This document shows positions 1 to 13,992 of a stretch of DNA of 64,000 nucleotides, one piece after another; position 1 is the first letter of the stretch, and every line of letters starts with the position of its first letter. The DNA lies in NCBI GenBank assembly GCA_965285935.1, contig OZ260661.1, positions 87,668,001-87,732,000 of the forward strand. The letters run 5' to 3'. The notes below the pieces were generated by a model that was given only the letters and a program-made list of their open reading frames with translations, searched no databases and was not told the DNA's origin. The translations under genes and the position numbers were made by a program. This stretch comes from Ophelia neglecta (Eukaryota).

Positions 1-3000
1 CTGATAGGCGTATAATGGTATAGTTTAGTAGCTTGGCAATCGTTATCATTTACGCCCAGCGTTTGCACCGCACACACGCCGTGTGCTCGCCTTTCAGCTA
101 CTACTGTACGTTACGTAACATGCCACACGACCAATCATCCTTATTTTACACAGGTTAAGGAGTCCTTGCACGGACAATGTGTCTTTTGGACCAAACACTT
201 CATGGCGGTTGTGTGTCTCGGAGGGCCGATATTTCTGGTAGAAGCTAGGCCTATAGCTGATGGAAGCAATTGCTAGATGCTGCGAATGTCGGAGGAAGCT
301 GGTGCTGGAGGAAGTGATTCCTGCATGGTGAAAGGGGTTGTAAGTTTTCGTCCCCCTCCCCCCCCCCCCCCCCCTCTTCCCCAATTCGGAGGGTCATATC
401 ATACTTGCCCTAGAAGAAGGAAGCCGAGAACAGAGCATGTTTGTTATGTTACTCCTGCTACTATATAGCTCCGCAAGTCGTGTGCGCTGAATTAAAAGTA
501 CGTTCATTTTGCAAATAAAGGCTACCTTTGTACTAGCCAAGGAGAACACTTCTTGGAAAAGTCTTTTATAGCAGAACTCAGCCCACGTGATCTATCTGAT
601 ACATGCTATATCCTCAGGTGAAGACGAGGTCAGTTTACAAATCAAGTCAATGTACCTTTTAGAAACAGAAAAACTGACGACGACGCTGAGAAAACTACAG
701 GTGTCCACTCAATGACCTGTTTCCAATCATTTAACCGAGGTTATGATTGAGACTGTTACATTGCTGTAACAATTATCGCTAAGGGTGACGTTTCATCGTG
801 GGGTATACATTCAGAGATGAGTCAGTCTGCCTCATTGACATGCGCAAAGCACGGCAACCATGCTCCATCACTGCACTATTATCTGTTCTTGCTTCGTTGA
901 ATCAAATTTTCCACGACAGGCGTGTTTAAACTGCACGATTTACTGGCAAATTGGAGCAAATTAACTTCACTACAGCACTTGGAACTGACATCTGTTTCAT
1001 TGACCGATAGGCCTATAGGTGGTATGTGTTGGTCTATACATATGCTTTCCCCCACGAGAATGTCACCTTCGGATCAGGATCCCGTGAATTTCCGCCCGGG
1101 TTAAAAAAAAGTTAACAGGAGAACGCAACTCCGACCCTGACACAGGATCCGAAAAAAAGTTAGCCTGTTTCTGATAAGAAATGATGCCAAGGGACCACAA
1201 TGCTTTGGCCTTTATTAAAGTAAAATCGAATGCACCGCACTAAAAGCTTCGCATTTGTTAATTACGCCCAAGTTGAAAGCCATTTAGCTTGATTCACTCC
1301 GTTAGCCATCTCTCAATACAAGTACGGCTGCCACGTACCTCCACGATTTTAATATACACATAACAAACATCACAAACTGCAATTAATCGTTTTTCATAAT
1401 CATCATAATTAAGTGAGATGACAGTATCCAAGGACTTGACAGTAAAGCGTTTTTATGACTGACTCCATCTCATATTCTTCCCACCGAACGTTATTATTTT
1501 TTTCTTTTTGGTACAATAAACTATGGCGAGAAACTAAAAGGGCACTACCAATTCGGCAAGGGATTATAACGATTCTGTGAACATTAATTTAAAACGAAGA
1601 CCCAGTTTTAAATAAGGAAGTAGTGTTTCATAGAAATATACATTAGTATATTAATGATAGTACCAAGACCATTAAAAAAACGCCCAGGAAAACCTACTTT
1701 TTTACTTTTTAAATCGGCCATTAACTCCTTGCCCATTTACGACATCAGTCAAACTGTTTATGAAAAGACTTGGTTGAGTACAAACATACTCTTAGAGTCA
1801 ATATTTTCCCATGGGATAGATACTTACTCAGATTCCATCCGAATTAGAAGGAACACAGGCGCATATTTTTATAATTGATGTCTCAAATCATTAATTTCCC
1901 ATAACTTCCTTAATGAACCTCATATATTTATATATTCATCGCTAAAAGTAGCTTAAGTGTATGTTGGATGACCTGCGTCGGATTGTCATGAAGAAATTCG
2001 CTGACAGCCTGCAGGCCATTTGCACTCAGAATGTTAATTGCAGCCCCTGCTCAGCAAAATTCAAACAAAGCGTTTATTGAGTGTTCGCCTCAAACCTGAT
2101 ACCCCAATATACACCAGCACCCCTGGTAATTAGCCAGCGTTTTAGAACTTAATGACCACAGGCAAGACGTGTCAAGTGGAATCTGACAGCAGACGACAAC
2201 TGCACATTGTATCATTAAATTTCGCGCCAAATTTACTCATTAGTTTCACGCTGACTACCAAAATTGGAAACCAGTTACGCTCAGGCAAACGTCATCTGAG
2301 AGGAAATTGTGTGTCATCCAAATTTAAGAAGGAAATTAAAACATAACGCATGCAAAACTTGTATCTATTATTATCAACAAAATAACTTTAAGTTTGAATA
2401 TACACCAAATTGGGAACTACGAATTTTATAGATAGGCCTATTGGTTTATTTCCAACAAGTCGAATAGTTTTGTCAAAATTGAATATGCATTGGCTTATGT
2501 ATACAATAAAAAGGCCTGAGACAGCCACTGATCCTACTGAATCGATTCAAACATAAGTTTTAAGTTAACATTAAACTTTATCCGGTTGGCAAGATATATT
2601 GGCCATATTCTTGTGTTCAAAAACATAAACTATAGGCCTATGCATTTCGTGGTGTAGTCTACAAAATGAAATGTAACGAAATAGGTGTATCAAGATATGA
2701 TTACAGACAGAAAAATCCTTCTAAGTTATAGAGTTTAAATGAATAAATTGGACGAAAATAACCTAGCACTAAATATTATGACGTGGAAATACACAAACAA
2801 AATTTGTCATTACACCATTCAAAGTTGAGTAACTGTAGGTAGCACTCTAAAATCAAATGTAATGGAGAATTAAATGCTTGCTCTGATCATTTTTAACTAT
2901 TAAGAACCTAATAGTCGGTGGAATTTGCTATTGAAACTTTTAAGTAGTCGGCAACTAGTTAACGACCGCTTAAAATTGAATAGGTTGGCTATATCAATTG

Positions 3001-4618
3001 TTTAAGGAAATCACAGATGCATATAGTCCTAGATTAATTTCATTTTCCGATTATTAAATCTCCTGTGATAAGCGGCTTAAAGTTGTAAGTAGATTGACGC
3101 TCAGTTGGCAATAAATAAACAAGAAGCTGATTGTATAGGCTGGCCTTGTAGTACGTCAGGTGTGCGGAGTTCTTATCGTTTGTGGGTGGGCTTAGTCTTG
3201 CCAAACACTTAAGTGGTGTTAGCCAATGCACGAACGAAGCTCCACCAGGCGCAAATATAACCCTCATAAATAGTGACACTCCGGTGTCATCTTTAGTGGC
3301 GAGACGAGCAGTTATCATGCTATATCGAACGGCAATAATGATACCAGCGACAAGTTAAATGATTTAGCAGGCTCGCATTCCCAAAGCTCTCGTTGGCGAT
3401 TAAGATAGATTTCAGGCCGCAGATACAATGACACCAACGGTAAAGCAATCTACAAACTTAGCTGTAGCTCCGTCATTATAAACCGCCTTCCATTTCTCAG
3501 TTGTCAGGAAACTTTGCACTCCCGCCCAATAACCAAACTATCTCAAAATCATTTGGAGAGGTTACTAAATATCCTCTGATTTTCCCATGGGTGTATCAGA
3601 CTCAATAACAGAATCATTCAAGCTGATAAACAGTCGTGAAATAATTACGAGATAGGAGAGCGTGCACCTGTTTAGATACGGGGGACCGGAGGGCTGTTTA
3701 CTCTTACTTATCTATGCGTTTCGCTGTCACTTTAAACGACACCCAACAGAGGTTATATACTTGTTGGCAGCAATTATGCCCAGATATAGAGTTTTAATGC
3801 CCCGCTGCTGTTTGATTATGGGATATTAATAGCATAATCAAGTTCACCAGGACTTTGCCAATATAACAGAGCACAGTTTTGCATCTCACATATGGCACTC
3901 CCCTTTCCTAATAGCCAAACGAGGCGACCTTTTAATAGAGAGTAATCTGTCAGAACGAATTCACTTCTCTTGGGCGCATTGTCAAAAACTGGTTCGAATT
4001 ACACGGCTAAATTAGTTTCTGTTATAGCGCATATGGAAGGAATAAGGTGCGGTGGCACATTAACGGTAATAGAAAGCTCCATTTTGACAGGCATCTGGGT
4101 TAAATCATTAACAACCCGCGACCTGTGAACAAGTGGCGAAGAAAATGCCACCAAAGTGACGATTTAGAGCCAAAGGAACTGCTTTTCTAATGTTTTCCCA
4201 CATTGCAGATCTAAACAATTTGGTCTGATTCAAAAGAGTTTAGAACATAAATTGTAAAGTCATGAAAATTACCCTACTCGTTTGGCAATGTTGATGCCTT
4301 TGTTGAGCAATTTAGCGCACATGTGACAGAATGAACAAGAGCTGTTGTCAACATGTCATTGTGTCATTACAATAAAAATAAAGCCCGTAATATTTCTTGT
4401 TCATTACATAGCAGTGACTGTTCGGGCAAAGAAAACTTATGATAGGCCTATATAGGTTTACATATAGAGCAGGAATAACCAACTGACTAATATTGACATG
4501 TATAAAAAATCAGCATAAATGCAATTACCAAAATATTAATGTTTTGTAAACATTCAAATGAATATATATATAAAATTGTAGATTTTTAGCTACTCTATAA
4601 ATTATTCATTGTTTTTAC

Positions 4619-4863
4619 CTGTGTTTCGGTGACGTTTAGGAGTGTTGCCATCTCAGCTCGCTCACTGGACGATAGATATTTTTTCTGCTCGAACTGTTTC
4701 TCTAACTCAAATATCTGACGTCCAGTAAATGTGGTCCTCGCTTTCTTCTTTTTCTTGTCTCCATCTTTGTCTGTGGATTCGTTCCCATCGCTTTTGTTTC
4801 CATCGTCACTTTTCTTTTCCAAACTCTCTTCTAACTTGCGTTTATCGCCTCTCTTTTCTTTGT
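4619..4863 (-). CDS. NK7: NK7 homeobox gene, coding exon 2 (homeodomain residues 1-44)
   Basis: Polypyrimidine tract plus TTCTTCAG acceptor ending at 4864. Encodes [22 protein letters not shown]...[45 protein letters not shown]; [15 protein letters not shown] is the NK7 family signature. Donor CAG|GTAAAA, phase 0. No exon encoding VKIWFQNRR seen in 1-4618. Confidence 0.93.
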
Positions 4864-7632
4864 CTGAAGAAATATAACATAAAATAAAATAGAGGTTTTA
4901 ATACAAATCTCTAATAATAACATGGTCTATTGCTATACACTAGTCGAGTGGACTTCTTTCAAGTTTATGCGAGCTGTCTATGTGCGTGTGATTGTAAAGC
5001 ATTCGGCTGTTGCACACTTTGAATACCGAGGATGTGCCAAATGCTATACTCAAATCTTGCCAAAAACAGTTTTCTCCATTCTTAATGATGATGATTGTTT
5101 TCCTTGGTTTGAAATCACTGTGATTTGACAATTTAATCTGCCCCCTATCGATCGTATACTTGGAGCTCAAGTTCATTTTTTCTCGTTCGAGCCATATACG
5201 TGTACTATGCTCACTCCAAGGAAAATTGAATATTCACATAAAATGGCGCGTTTGATGAACACTAGCACGGCGTGGTAAAACTATTATTGACTTATGTTGC
5301 AGTTATTTATCTGGTTCAGACGCATGTTTTGCCAAAGCTATATAGGAACCAAATACCCCAGGTTCATTTGTGATTAATAATTTATCTAGGCTACTACAGC
5401 ATTAAGCAAAATTTGGCTCGAGTTTTACTACAACGATTGCTCGTGTGGCTCAAAAATCAATTTCCTCTTGTTCGGTGAATTGCTGATACTGCCACTGAAT
5501 GAAACGCGGCCATTTGATACCTGCGCGACTGCGTGTCATTTCCCGGAGTTACTGGCGCGAATACTAAACACGGACGTTCAGGAAATATCTGCAATCATTA
5601 CGTGAGATTGGCACGAATGCGTCGTTAGAAACAACACGGTGCTTTACAGTCGCTCTTCTTGGGACTTAATAATGACTTAATACACCTCAGACGACCTGTT
5701 GTTGTCATTAGCCAGACGACGACGCTTGAATGGCGGGAAAAGATCCCTCTGGGATTTATTTAGCTCACATCAATATCCAGCTCCATCGTACTTCCGATAG
5801 TTTGCGAACAGAGAAAGAAATGAGTCTATTGTTACACATTGTGAGGCGACTGACGGAACGTTACAGATAAAAACATTGTACCAGGAAGAAAATATTGAAC
5901 GACAAATCATACGATCACGAGGAATTAAAAATAGCTAAAACACCCTTTGCATGAGGCCTTATTTCAAATGTAAAACTTGGACAACAACACGATGATATAA
6001 CCAAACATATCTTGGTATTATGCCCCCCCCCCCCCCTTCCCATTATGAACCAAAGTTATGGGCCAGTAATAAGACCGTGAACATGAACATCTAGGCCTAC
6101 AGGCCTACAGTGTGCACACATATTTAAACAACCATACCTTATCGCGGAATTAAAACGGGAAAGCACCGGGCAGCCTAGCGATTACATGGAGAACCTAACC
6201 GGCAGCCACTAGTGTTTGGAAATTTCTATACAACGTTTAAGTTTAGAACGAATAGGCTCTTTAAATAGGTCAATCTAAGCCATAGAGCTAAATTAGGTCT
6301 ATGTGCTAATAAAATATACATTTTGCGAAGTTTCCTGACTTACACACAGGCTTTACCGCGGATGATAGGTTTAGAAATAAATCTGGCCGGCTTGGCATTG
6401 ATTTTGACAGATTAGTTATCGCTAATTTTTACATGACCAGCGCGCATGCAGATGGACAAAACGGTGTATGACATTAGATCGATAGGTGGATGGCCAGGGC
6501 AGGCCTCTGGCAAGTCAAATAACATGCACGGGAGATGTTTAGATGCTAGGCCTATATGGAGAGGCGAAGTTAATAGTCACGACTGGAGACGGATCATCTA
6601 GCGGGAAGCCATTCAGAGTCATTGTCGTCTGCAATATAGGGAAGGAGAGCCGGATATTGACATGTATGGCTTGCACGCACGTTTTAAACCGGGTATTAGG
6701 TGAAATGCTCGGACATGACTTTCGTGACTGCTGCCTAATGAAGACGATGGCCTCTAGCCTAGTGAACGATTATCCCGAGACAGGCGGCTAGGACGACAGT
6801 ATGTTGCTCGTCGGCGGCCCAAATATCATTTCATTATTGGGTCACGCATGTGGCTATTTCCCACGACACGCTAATATGGCCGGGTTCCATAGTCAGAAGA
6901 CAATTGGGATGAGTCGTCTGTTATTATTGTGTCCTGGCTTAAAATCCCCGCTGACTGACTGACATCCTCGACATCAGTTGATACTCCTCTGGCCGTGCTA
7001 CCGAGGTTACCCCCCGGAAATCTCTAATATAATCTCTCTTCTCCGACAAATCCCATGCCAGATGGTTTTAGCTGATCGACCCCGCAGATTTCCGGTAGTT
7101 TTCGCTGTCATGCAAGGATTGGGCCTTTGTATTTTATACAACATCAGACTCATACTTTGGTGGTTTTACCAAGGGGCCTTTTGCCAATTTTGAGATACAA
7201 TCAGAAGCCGATCATTCAAGAAAGCATTAATATTAAAACGCAGGGCGGCCCAAGGTAAAACATATAAAGCCTAAAGGTGGGGGTCCCTACTGCTAGCTAA
7301 CACGAAATCATATAAGATATCAGTCGAACCTCTCATTAGAAACAACAGACATGTCAAGACTCCATACGTTTGGCGAAATGGCGTGATAATATACATGTTA
7401 ACGGCTTAATCAGGTGGTCTAATCGCCTCTTCGGATACCCTTTATTAATTAAGCTGTATTCTTTCATTGATTTGCGCAGATTAAGGGAAATAACGTCATA
7501 CTATAGCTTTTAGCCACGTTTACTTTGTGTGTGCCTACTAAATTTTAAGCCTAATCATTTATATAAAAAAAACCCAAAATAAACTGTTTGGAATAGGCCT
7601 GTAGTATTTGTGTTGAAGTTCAGGCTACTCAC

Positions 7633-7969
7633 CGTCATTATCTGGGTCTACCACGTTGATTTGGGGACTGGAGGAGCGCTGGTCCTGTCCCTTGGATCTG
7701 GCCCGAGATCCGTTGGGGGTTTTGATGCGGCCGGGGGTACGATAGTCCAGTGGCTGGTCGCGGTCTTCCTCCTGGCCGAGCAGAACCGGTCCCGACCCTT
7801 CTTCTCGACGAGCGCTCCCTCTGCCTGCCGAGGATAAGCCCAGGATGTCATTTATGTTGTGAGGAGTTGGCTGTTTGGGGGGATTCTCGTAGATATGAGG
7901 GTGCCACGTGCGAGGGATGGTGTACAGAACGGGCCCCGGATAGTGGGGGTAGCTTGGCGAATGTTGCAT
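7633..7969 (-). CDS. NK7: NK7 homeobox gene, coding exon 1 (N-terminus with WHPHIY motif and eh1/TN-like PTPHNINDILG)
   Basis: ATG at 7969 with an in-frame upstream TAG. Encodes MQHSPSYPHY...WHPHIYENPPKQPTPHNINDILG. Ends at donor G|GTGAGT (7633/7632), phase 1, which joins in frame to exon 2 (G+AC = Asp). Confidence 0.88.
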
Positions 7970-8399
7970 GCTCCAGTCTGTGTCACTAGAGCCAATCCTC
8001 TGTCTTGTCTAAGTCAACAAACAACCAAGTCCGGGTTGTGTTTCTCTATCAGCTGGGTTGGGAGCAATCCTGGCTGAAGACCACCACCACAAGACGACAC
8101 GCAACCACCGAGGAAGCTATTAAACAAATCCTAATTGTTGCCTCTTGGGCGAGCGAACCAGCAAAGAAGAGAGGCTGTGCAAAATGTTTAGCCTTCGCGG
8201 AAGAGACAGTTCAAATGACACTTCGCGGTGCTTGATGCTAAGTGATATCGGAATCAAACGCCTCCTGAATAATGTTCCCCTCACTCGTTCGTCTTCTGTT
8301 CACTCAGCAACTAACAGTGTAGTCTGCTATACGTTCAGAAGTAGCACTGTCTGAAATAGGCGAGCTGTTAGTTGTCCACACCTTCCACGGTGACCTCCT

Positions 8400-8580
8400 G
8401 CTAGCGTTTGAACGCCGGCTATGGCACACGCGCAGTTTATCGGCAAGGCTCGATTACTCCTGAATCACTTGACATGGGAAAGGCCGCGCGCCGACCACCA
8501 CAATCAGGCCCGAATTATACGCGACACTACACAAATCAATACAACGATTGGCCGACTGATAGGGGTAATTAAGGATTACA
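8400..8580 (-). promoter_or_regulatory. Putative NK7 proximal promoter
   Basis: CpG-rich stretch 430-610 bp upstream of the NK7 ATG, with a minus-strand CCAAT (ATTGG 8547-8551) and an NK2-type TCAAGTG site (TCACTTGA ~8466). Confidence 0.4.
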
Positions 8581-11500
8581 CCAGATCTCCAAATGTATAC
8601 TTTATGGAATATAACTCATGCTGAAATTCATCCCACTCCAACAGATTTAAAACTGTCGTCTCATTAGTGCGTTATAGGCCTATAAGCTATACCATTTGTA
8701 TAGACGTTTCTAGAGTGACCAAGCCTCTATGTATAAACTGTAGAGATCAGACCAACATCTTGATTCACAGAGTAATGAGGAGGCGAAGAGCCTTGTGTCT
8801 GATCACAGGGTGTCTGTGGCTATCTGTTTTGGCCAGAGATTCATCGACAGGCGGGGTCACAGATTAATGAGCTGTCGAGCCATAGACAGTCGAGATATTA
8901 CACAAGCCGGCTCATCCGAGGGAAGCGCCAAGGCGGGCACGCAGGCACTGGAGTTCCATTTTCGACAGCGATCACTACAGCGTGTATCTAGATAACCCTG
9001 GGGATCGACCCTGGCCAGGGTGCTCCCCCTGGTGTCAACTCCCATCCTACTGGGGTCAGGGGGCGAGAGCCAACGGAGTGTATTCTTGTAACTTCACTGT
9101 CTACAAACCAATACCATTGTCCATGATATTTTTATGGCATAGTTTTATTTTCGTTTAAGGCAATGATGCGTCGTTATACACCCATTTTCAAACTTATAGT
9201 TTAACCACATTTTAGTTAATTTAATTGCATTAAATAGTAGTCAAAATTTAAAAGTGAAATACCAGAAAAAGATGTATGTTACCAGCTATTGTTATGAAAT
9301 ATAACAACATTATTATTTGTTATTACCTGTATAATCAGAAAGCTTTAACTTATTAGTATAGATCTGTACGATAACTACCGTCAGCAATTTTAATATTAAA
9401 CCTGCACACACTATGTATTAGGAATTAGGAATCAAGGTCTTCTTAATCATTAACTAGACAATAGTTGTCATTAAAAGCGTGGTGTTGGCCGTTTGGAGGT
9501 CACACTTGCAGCAGGGGTTATTGATTAAAAAGACTAATTGTTCGTTTTGGCGGCAATTAAAGCCCAATCTGTTGAATGGCAATTTATCATTGTCTTGAAG
9601 CACATGGTCCTTGGATATCCTCGAACCTGCATTAACCAGAAGAGTTGGACCGAAAACACTAAGTCTGTACACTCAATCGCCTTACAATAGTACTGAGTGT
9701 GGTATTCTCGAAGCTGACAGTTTTCTGGCCGCACAAACCAGTCAGCTGGACGAATTTCTCTTTGCCAAACGCGCTCCCGTGTCACGATTAAAATCTTTTC
9801 AGAGCACAAAAGTGGTAATTATATCGGCCAGGATGGCTGATCAATTATGGTATTCCGCATGAATTATTAAGGGGACGCGAGTGGCAATAGTTGCAGGAGC
9901 CGGGCGATTAATCTCTCCTTGTATAGTTTAATTGAATGAATATTTGGCGACTGGAGCCGATCCTAACAATGGTCTCCCGGCCGGGGTAAACATATCGGGT
10001 GAAATGGGCAACCAGAGAGGCTGTCAAAGGGGCCGAGGGGCCCTCTGGCTCCCTGAAACTCACCCAATTTATAACACTGTACAAAGCAATTAATTCTAGA
10101 GTGTGAACGCTAAAATGGCTTGCTCTTCAATGAGAAAAGTTGCATAGAAACAAACCTGACAGTTTGTTTGTGTATATACCGCCGTGCTGACAAGTTGCAA
10201 TAGGCCTATTGCGCATAAAGAAAATATGAAATAAATAGATGGGAGGAGGAATGAGGTAATTTTAGTTTTCAAGCCATAAGAGGGTGTAAACAACTTCGAG
10301 GGCAAACCGGAAGTGACTTTTAATGACGCACGCATGCACGTCGTGCACGATCGAACTTGAAAATTGGGTCGGAATCGCCTGCAGCAATATTTAGGCTTAT
10401 GATTTTAGCTCTTGTTTGTTAAAATACATGTTGCCTTTTCCTAAGTATTTTTCCAGCATTTATTCAGAATATTGTAAGCACAATTTAGATTCTGACCCAG
10501 ATTGACACGGTCGGCTAAAATGAAATCCTGAATTCGGATGAATTATAACTAAAGGTAGATAGATTTCACATTTCTCCTCTCCCGCTTGGTTGTGCTAGGT
10601 ATATCGGCTCAAGTGGCATCCCTCACCCCCGAGGTATGGATAAACCTCAATTTATATCCCCTTATCTGCCGCCATGTCGGGCCGGTGAGCAATATTTCTG
10701 CGGGGACGCCCTATTAATGTAGGCACGATTAGCCCAGCCTGATTGCTTGCAAATCTATTAGCGCTGCCGCTTTTTATACCCGCCTGCTCTCTTAGCAGCT
10801 ATTACTTCCAACCAACAAAACGGTGTCGTATTCTTTGCCGGCACATTAAGCCGAGGCTAAGCTATCGCCGGCCGCGTGGTTGCCATCATGTCAAATATAG
10901 CGCGCTCCAGACCGTTGATTTACGTGCACCGTGTCAAAGTCACCCGGTTTTAGTGCTCGGAGATGAAATTCAATAACCGACGCCTAATCTTGGTAAATTG
11001 ATCCGTTGAATTCAATTAGATCCCCCGCCGACCCGGGAAGAGCTAATGAAGCGGTGAGAGTTGCTCAAACGTCAGGGGTCCACTCTGAGAGGCTTGTCAG
11101 GGGGTTGAGAACCGAGCTGGGAATCTAAACCGGCCTCTCCAGAAGAAGCGGAGATCTATCGGTTTCATCCATACCGAGGGAGAAACAATTAACCACGCGC
11201 CTTGTACAGTACTCAATATCATTTCAACTATTTTCTTCTTTTTATGACTACCCGGTTATTTATCTATACCCATATTTTGATATGGGCCTAGGCCTGTACA
11301 CTGTTCTTATTGTTTTAAAAACTTTAAACGTTACTGATCTAAGGTTTGTTTTGCTCCCTTTTCGGCGAACTCTGGCTGCCATATCATTGCTCTGCCAGCC
11401 TTGATAGCATTCAATTGCTTGTCAAGGGAACAAGTTCATTAATGACAGTATAGCAATCGGTCTCCTCGATTAGACGGGCAGCGAGCCGACCGGTAAGTGG

Positions 11501-13926
11501 TCCATTCAGCCCCAAGGGGGGCCAATCTGTTGCCCTCGGCCTCCAGCCCCTCCGAGAGCGCCCGGGAGGATTATACCGCTGTTCTCCCAATCTAAATGGC
11601 CTAATAGACAAAACAGGTGGAAACTATTGATTGTGGTGTGTGGAAAGCCTTTCACCAAACCTATTGGAGAAGCTATCACTATAAATCTCACGTCGATTTT
11701 CTTTATGGCCGAGCCCTTGTAGTCTGGGGGTTGGAGTGTGTATACATAGGCACTGTCTTGGTGACCCGTCTCATCGGCGAGGAGTAACAGGTTCCCAGAT
11801 ATTGTCACTCACTATCAATCTGCCATTCAGCCTCCTAGACCCCAAACTGCGACAGGATGGTGTTAAACCAGCTCACATACAAAGGCTGGTTAAGTATTAA
11901 AACATCCCGTGCGAGTGATCCGTTTATTTTGAATTCAACAAGAAAGCTGGGGAGAGTGGAAAAGGCCAGAGTGATTGCTATTAAACACACTTGGCTAAAT
12001 TGGCCACCCGCCTGGAATCTATATACGTCTGCCGAGGTATTTCTTTTAATAGGCTCCTGGTTTAACTTCTAATCACTCTTAATGGCTTGCTACACATGGG
12101 TCACATAATGGTCTTTTATTATGAAAGGCACATTAATTGACATTTGACCCCTAAACGAGCACTTAACAATATTCACTGCCGGAACATGGCTTTATGTATA
12201 TCTGCACTGATTATAGCCGATTTGTTCCCCCGATTTACACAATTTGTAAGCACCATTTGATAAATCCGGCTTTAATCTAACGTTGATTTAAATACACCTG
12301 AAAACTATGTCGCTATAGGCCTATCCGTTTATGTGCAAAACCAATGAGAGCTATATAGCCTAATTACGCCTACTATAGAAACTTATTTAGTCCAAAAATT
12401 CATTTTACATTAATTTTAGCCTGCATGTAGGCCTAACCTATTTAATAGACGAATCAATCCTCAGAATGGGGAAAGGTTTGGCTAATATCGTTTGGTATTT
12501 TCAATAAATCCGAATTCGTGATCCAATTGGCTCAAAATCTTCAAAATAACAAGGAAAGTGCTTTCAACTTTTAAATAGTCCACTTAACTTTGTGTGATTA
12601 AGGGGCGTTATGATGTCTCGTCTTAGGCTCACTTTAAGGCTTACCTTTAATTGAATCTTGTAACATGGATTTTTTTTTGTATCTGTATCAAGTCTCAAGT
12701 TGCCCATATCCAATTCAATAGGGAATCACCGAAACTCTTACACGTATGGCCTACCTATATCGCGCTGAGTGACTTCCGTTAATCCAATATAGTTTCTTAA
12801 TACATCCGATACATGTTTAGATTATGATACTATAGCCTATAGGACAACATACATAGGTTAGTTGTCAGGCCCTGTAGACACTTAATGGCAAATAAAATAT
12901 AGCCGTAAGGCAAAAGTTTACTTTTGTCTTCGAACTTCTGCATTCAACTTTGACCTAACCTATATATATATTTTAGTGTTGCCAATCATTTTGTATGTTT
13001 TTGTATAAACTTTGTTTGATCTTATAATATAGTTAAATAGCAGGCAGCACTTACCCATTTTATTTGAAAGGCATTAGTGACCTGATGAATGCCCACTCAC
13101 CCAACAATACAGGGTATTAAAGTGACCCCTGATCTTGACGTGATATTGATCATACCTTCATTTGACTTGTACAATGTATAGAAAAGTACAGAGTGATTAG
13201 CCTTAATTTCCAAGTAAGAGAAACATTCCCAAATCAACCCTGAGATCGTGACACCCTAACTATAAGGCAAGGAAAATCCACAGAAATTGACTGATAGTCC
13301 GTTCGCGTGCGACTTTAGTGACAAGCGCCACTGAGAGTTCACCTACCTCACCATGTGTATTTACTTTGACGCCTTCGCTGAAACAACTATTTTTTATAAG
13401 CCTAAACCTTTAGCTTCAAATTTTGCCTTGCTCTCAACCTCAAGTCATAAACGCAATCTTGAATTTTAAAACAGCCGTGTCTAACAAGATCCCGGGTAAG
13501 TTAATATTTCTTACTTTGTAATACACATTACTTTTAAATCCTAATTTTCCAGATGATGTTCCGCGAATTGATTTCTTTTCAAATCAGGGCTTCTTTTTGC
13601 CATTTTATTGTGTAAATGAAATTAAAAGTACTAAATACCTCAGTGACTGTATCTGCTATTTATAAAGATATTGTCATGAACTTCAGATAGTATATTATAC
13701 AGTCAGAGTATTCTGACCCGTGACTTTTTGTGCTTCGTTCGATTCTTTTGTTCAGTTTTTGTTCAAAAGTTTAATTTTTTCTATTATTGCTATACTGATT
13801 TCACATTTTACTTGGCTACCTGCTGCATATAAATTTGATGTTTACATAATGGTAAAGACATTGTTGGCGTGAAGACAAAACAGTAATCCAACGGGGGTCA
13901 GTATGGTCTATTACGAAAAAAGGCGA

Positions 13927-13928
<2 letters not shown>

Positions 13929-13989
<61 letters not shown>
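13929..13989. repeat. (CT)n/(GA)n microsatellite, ~30 units
   Basis: Perfect CT run seen directly. Confidence 0.98.
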
Positions 13990-13992
<3 letters not shown>

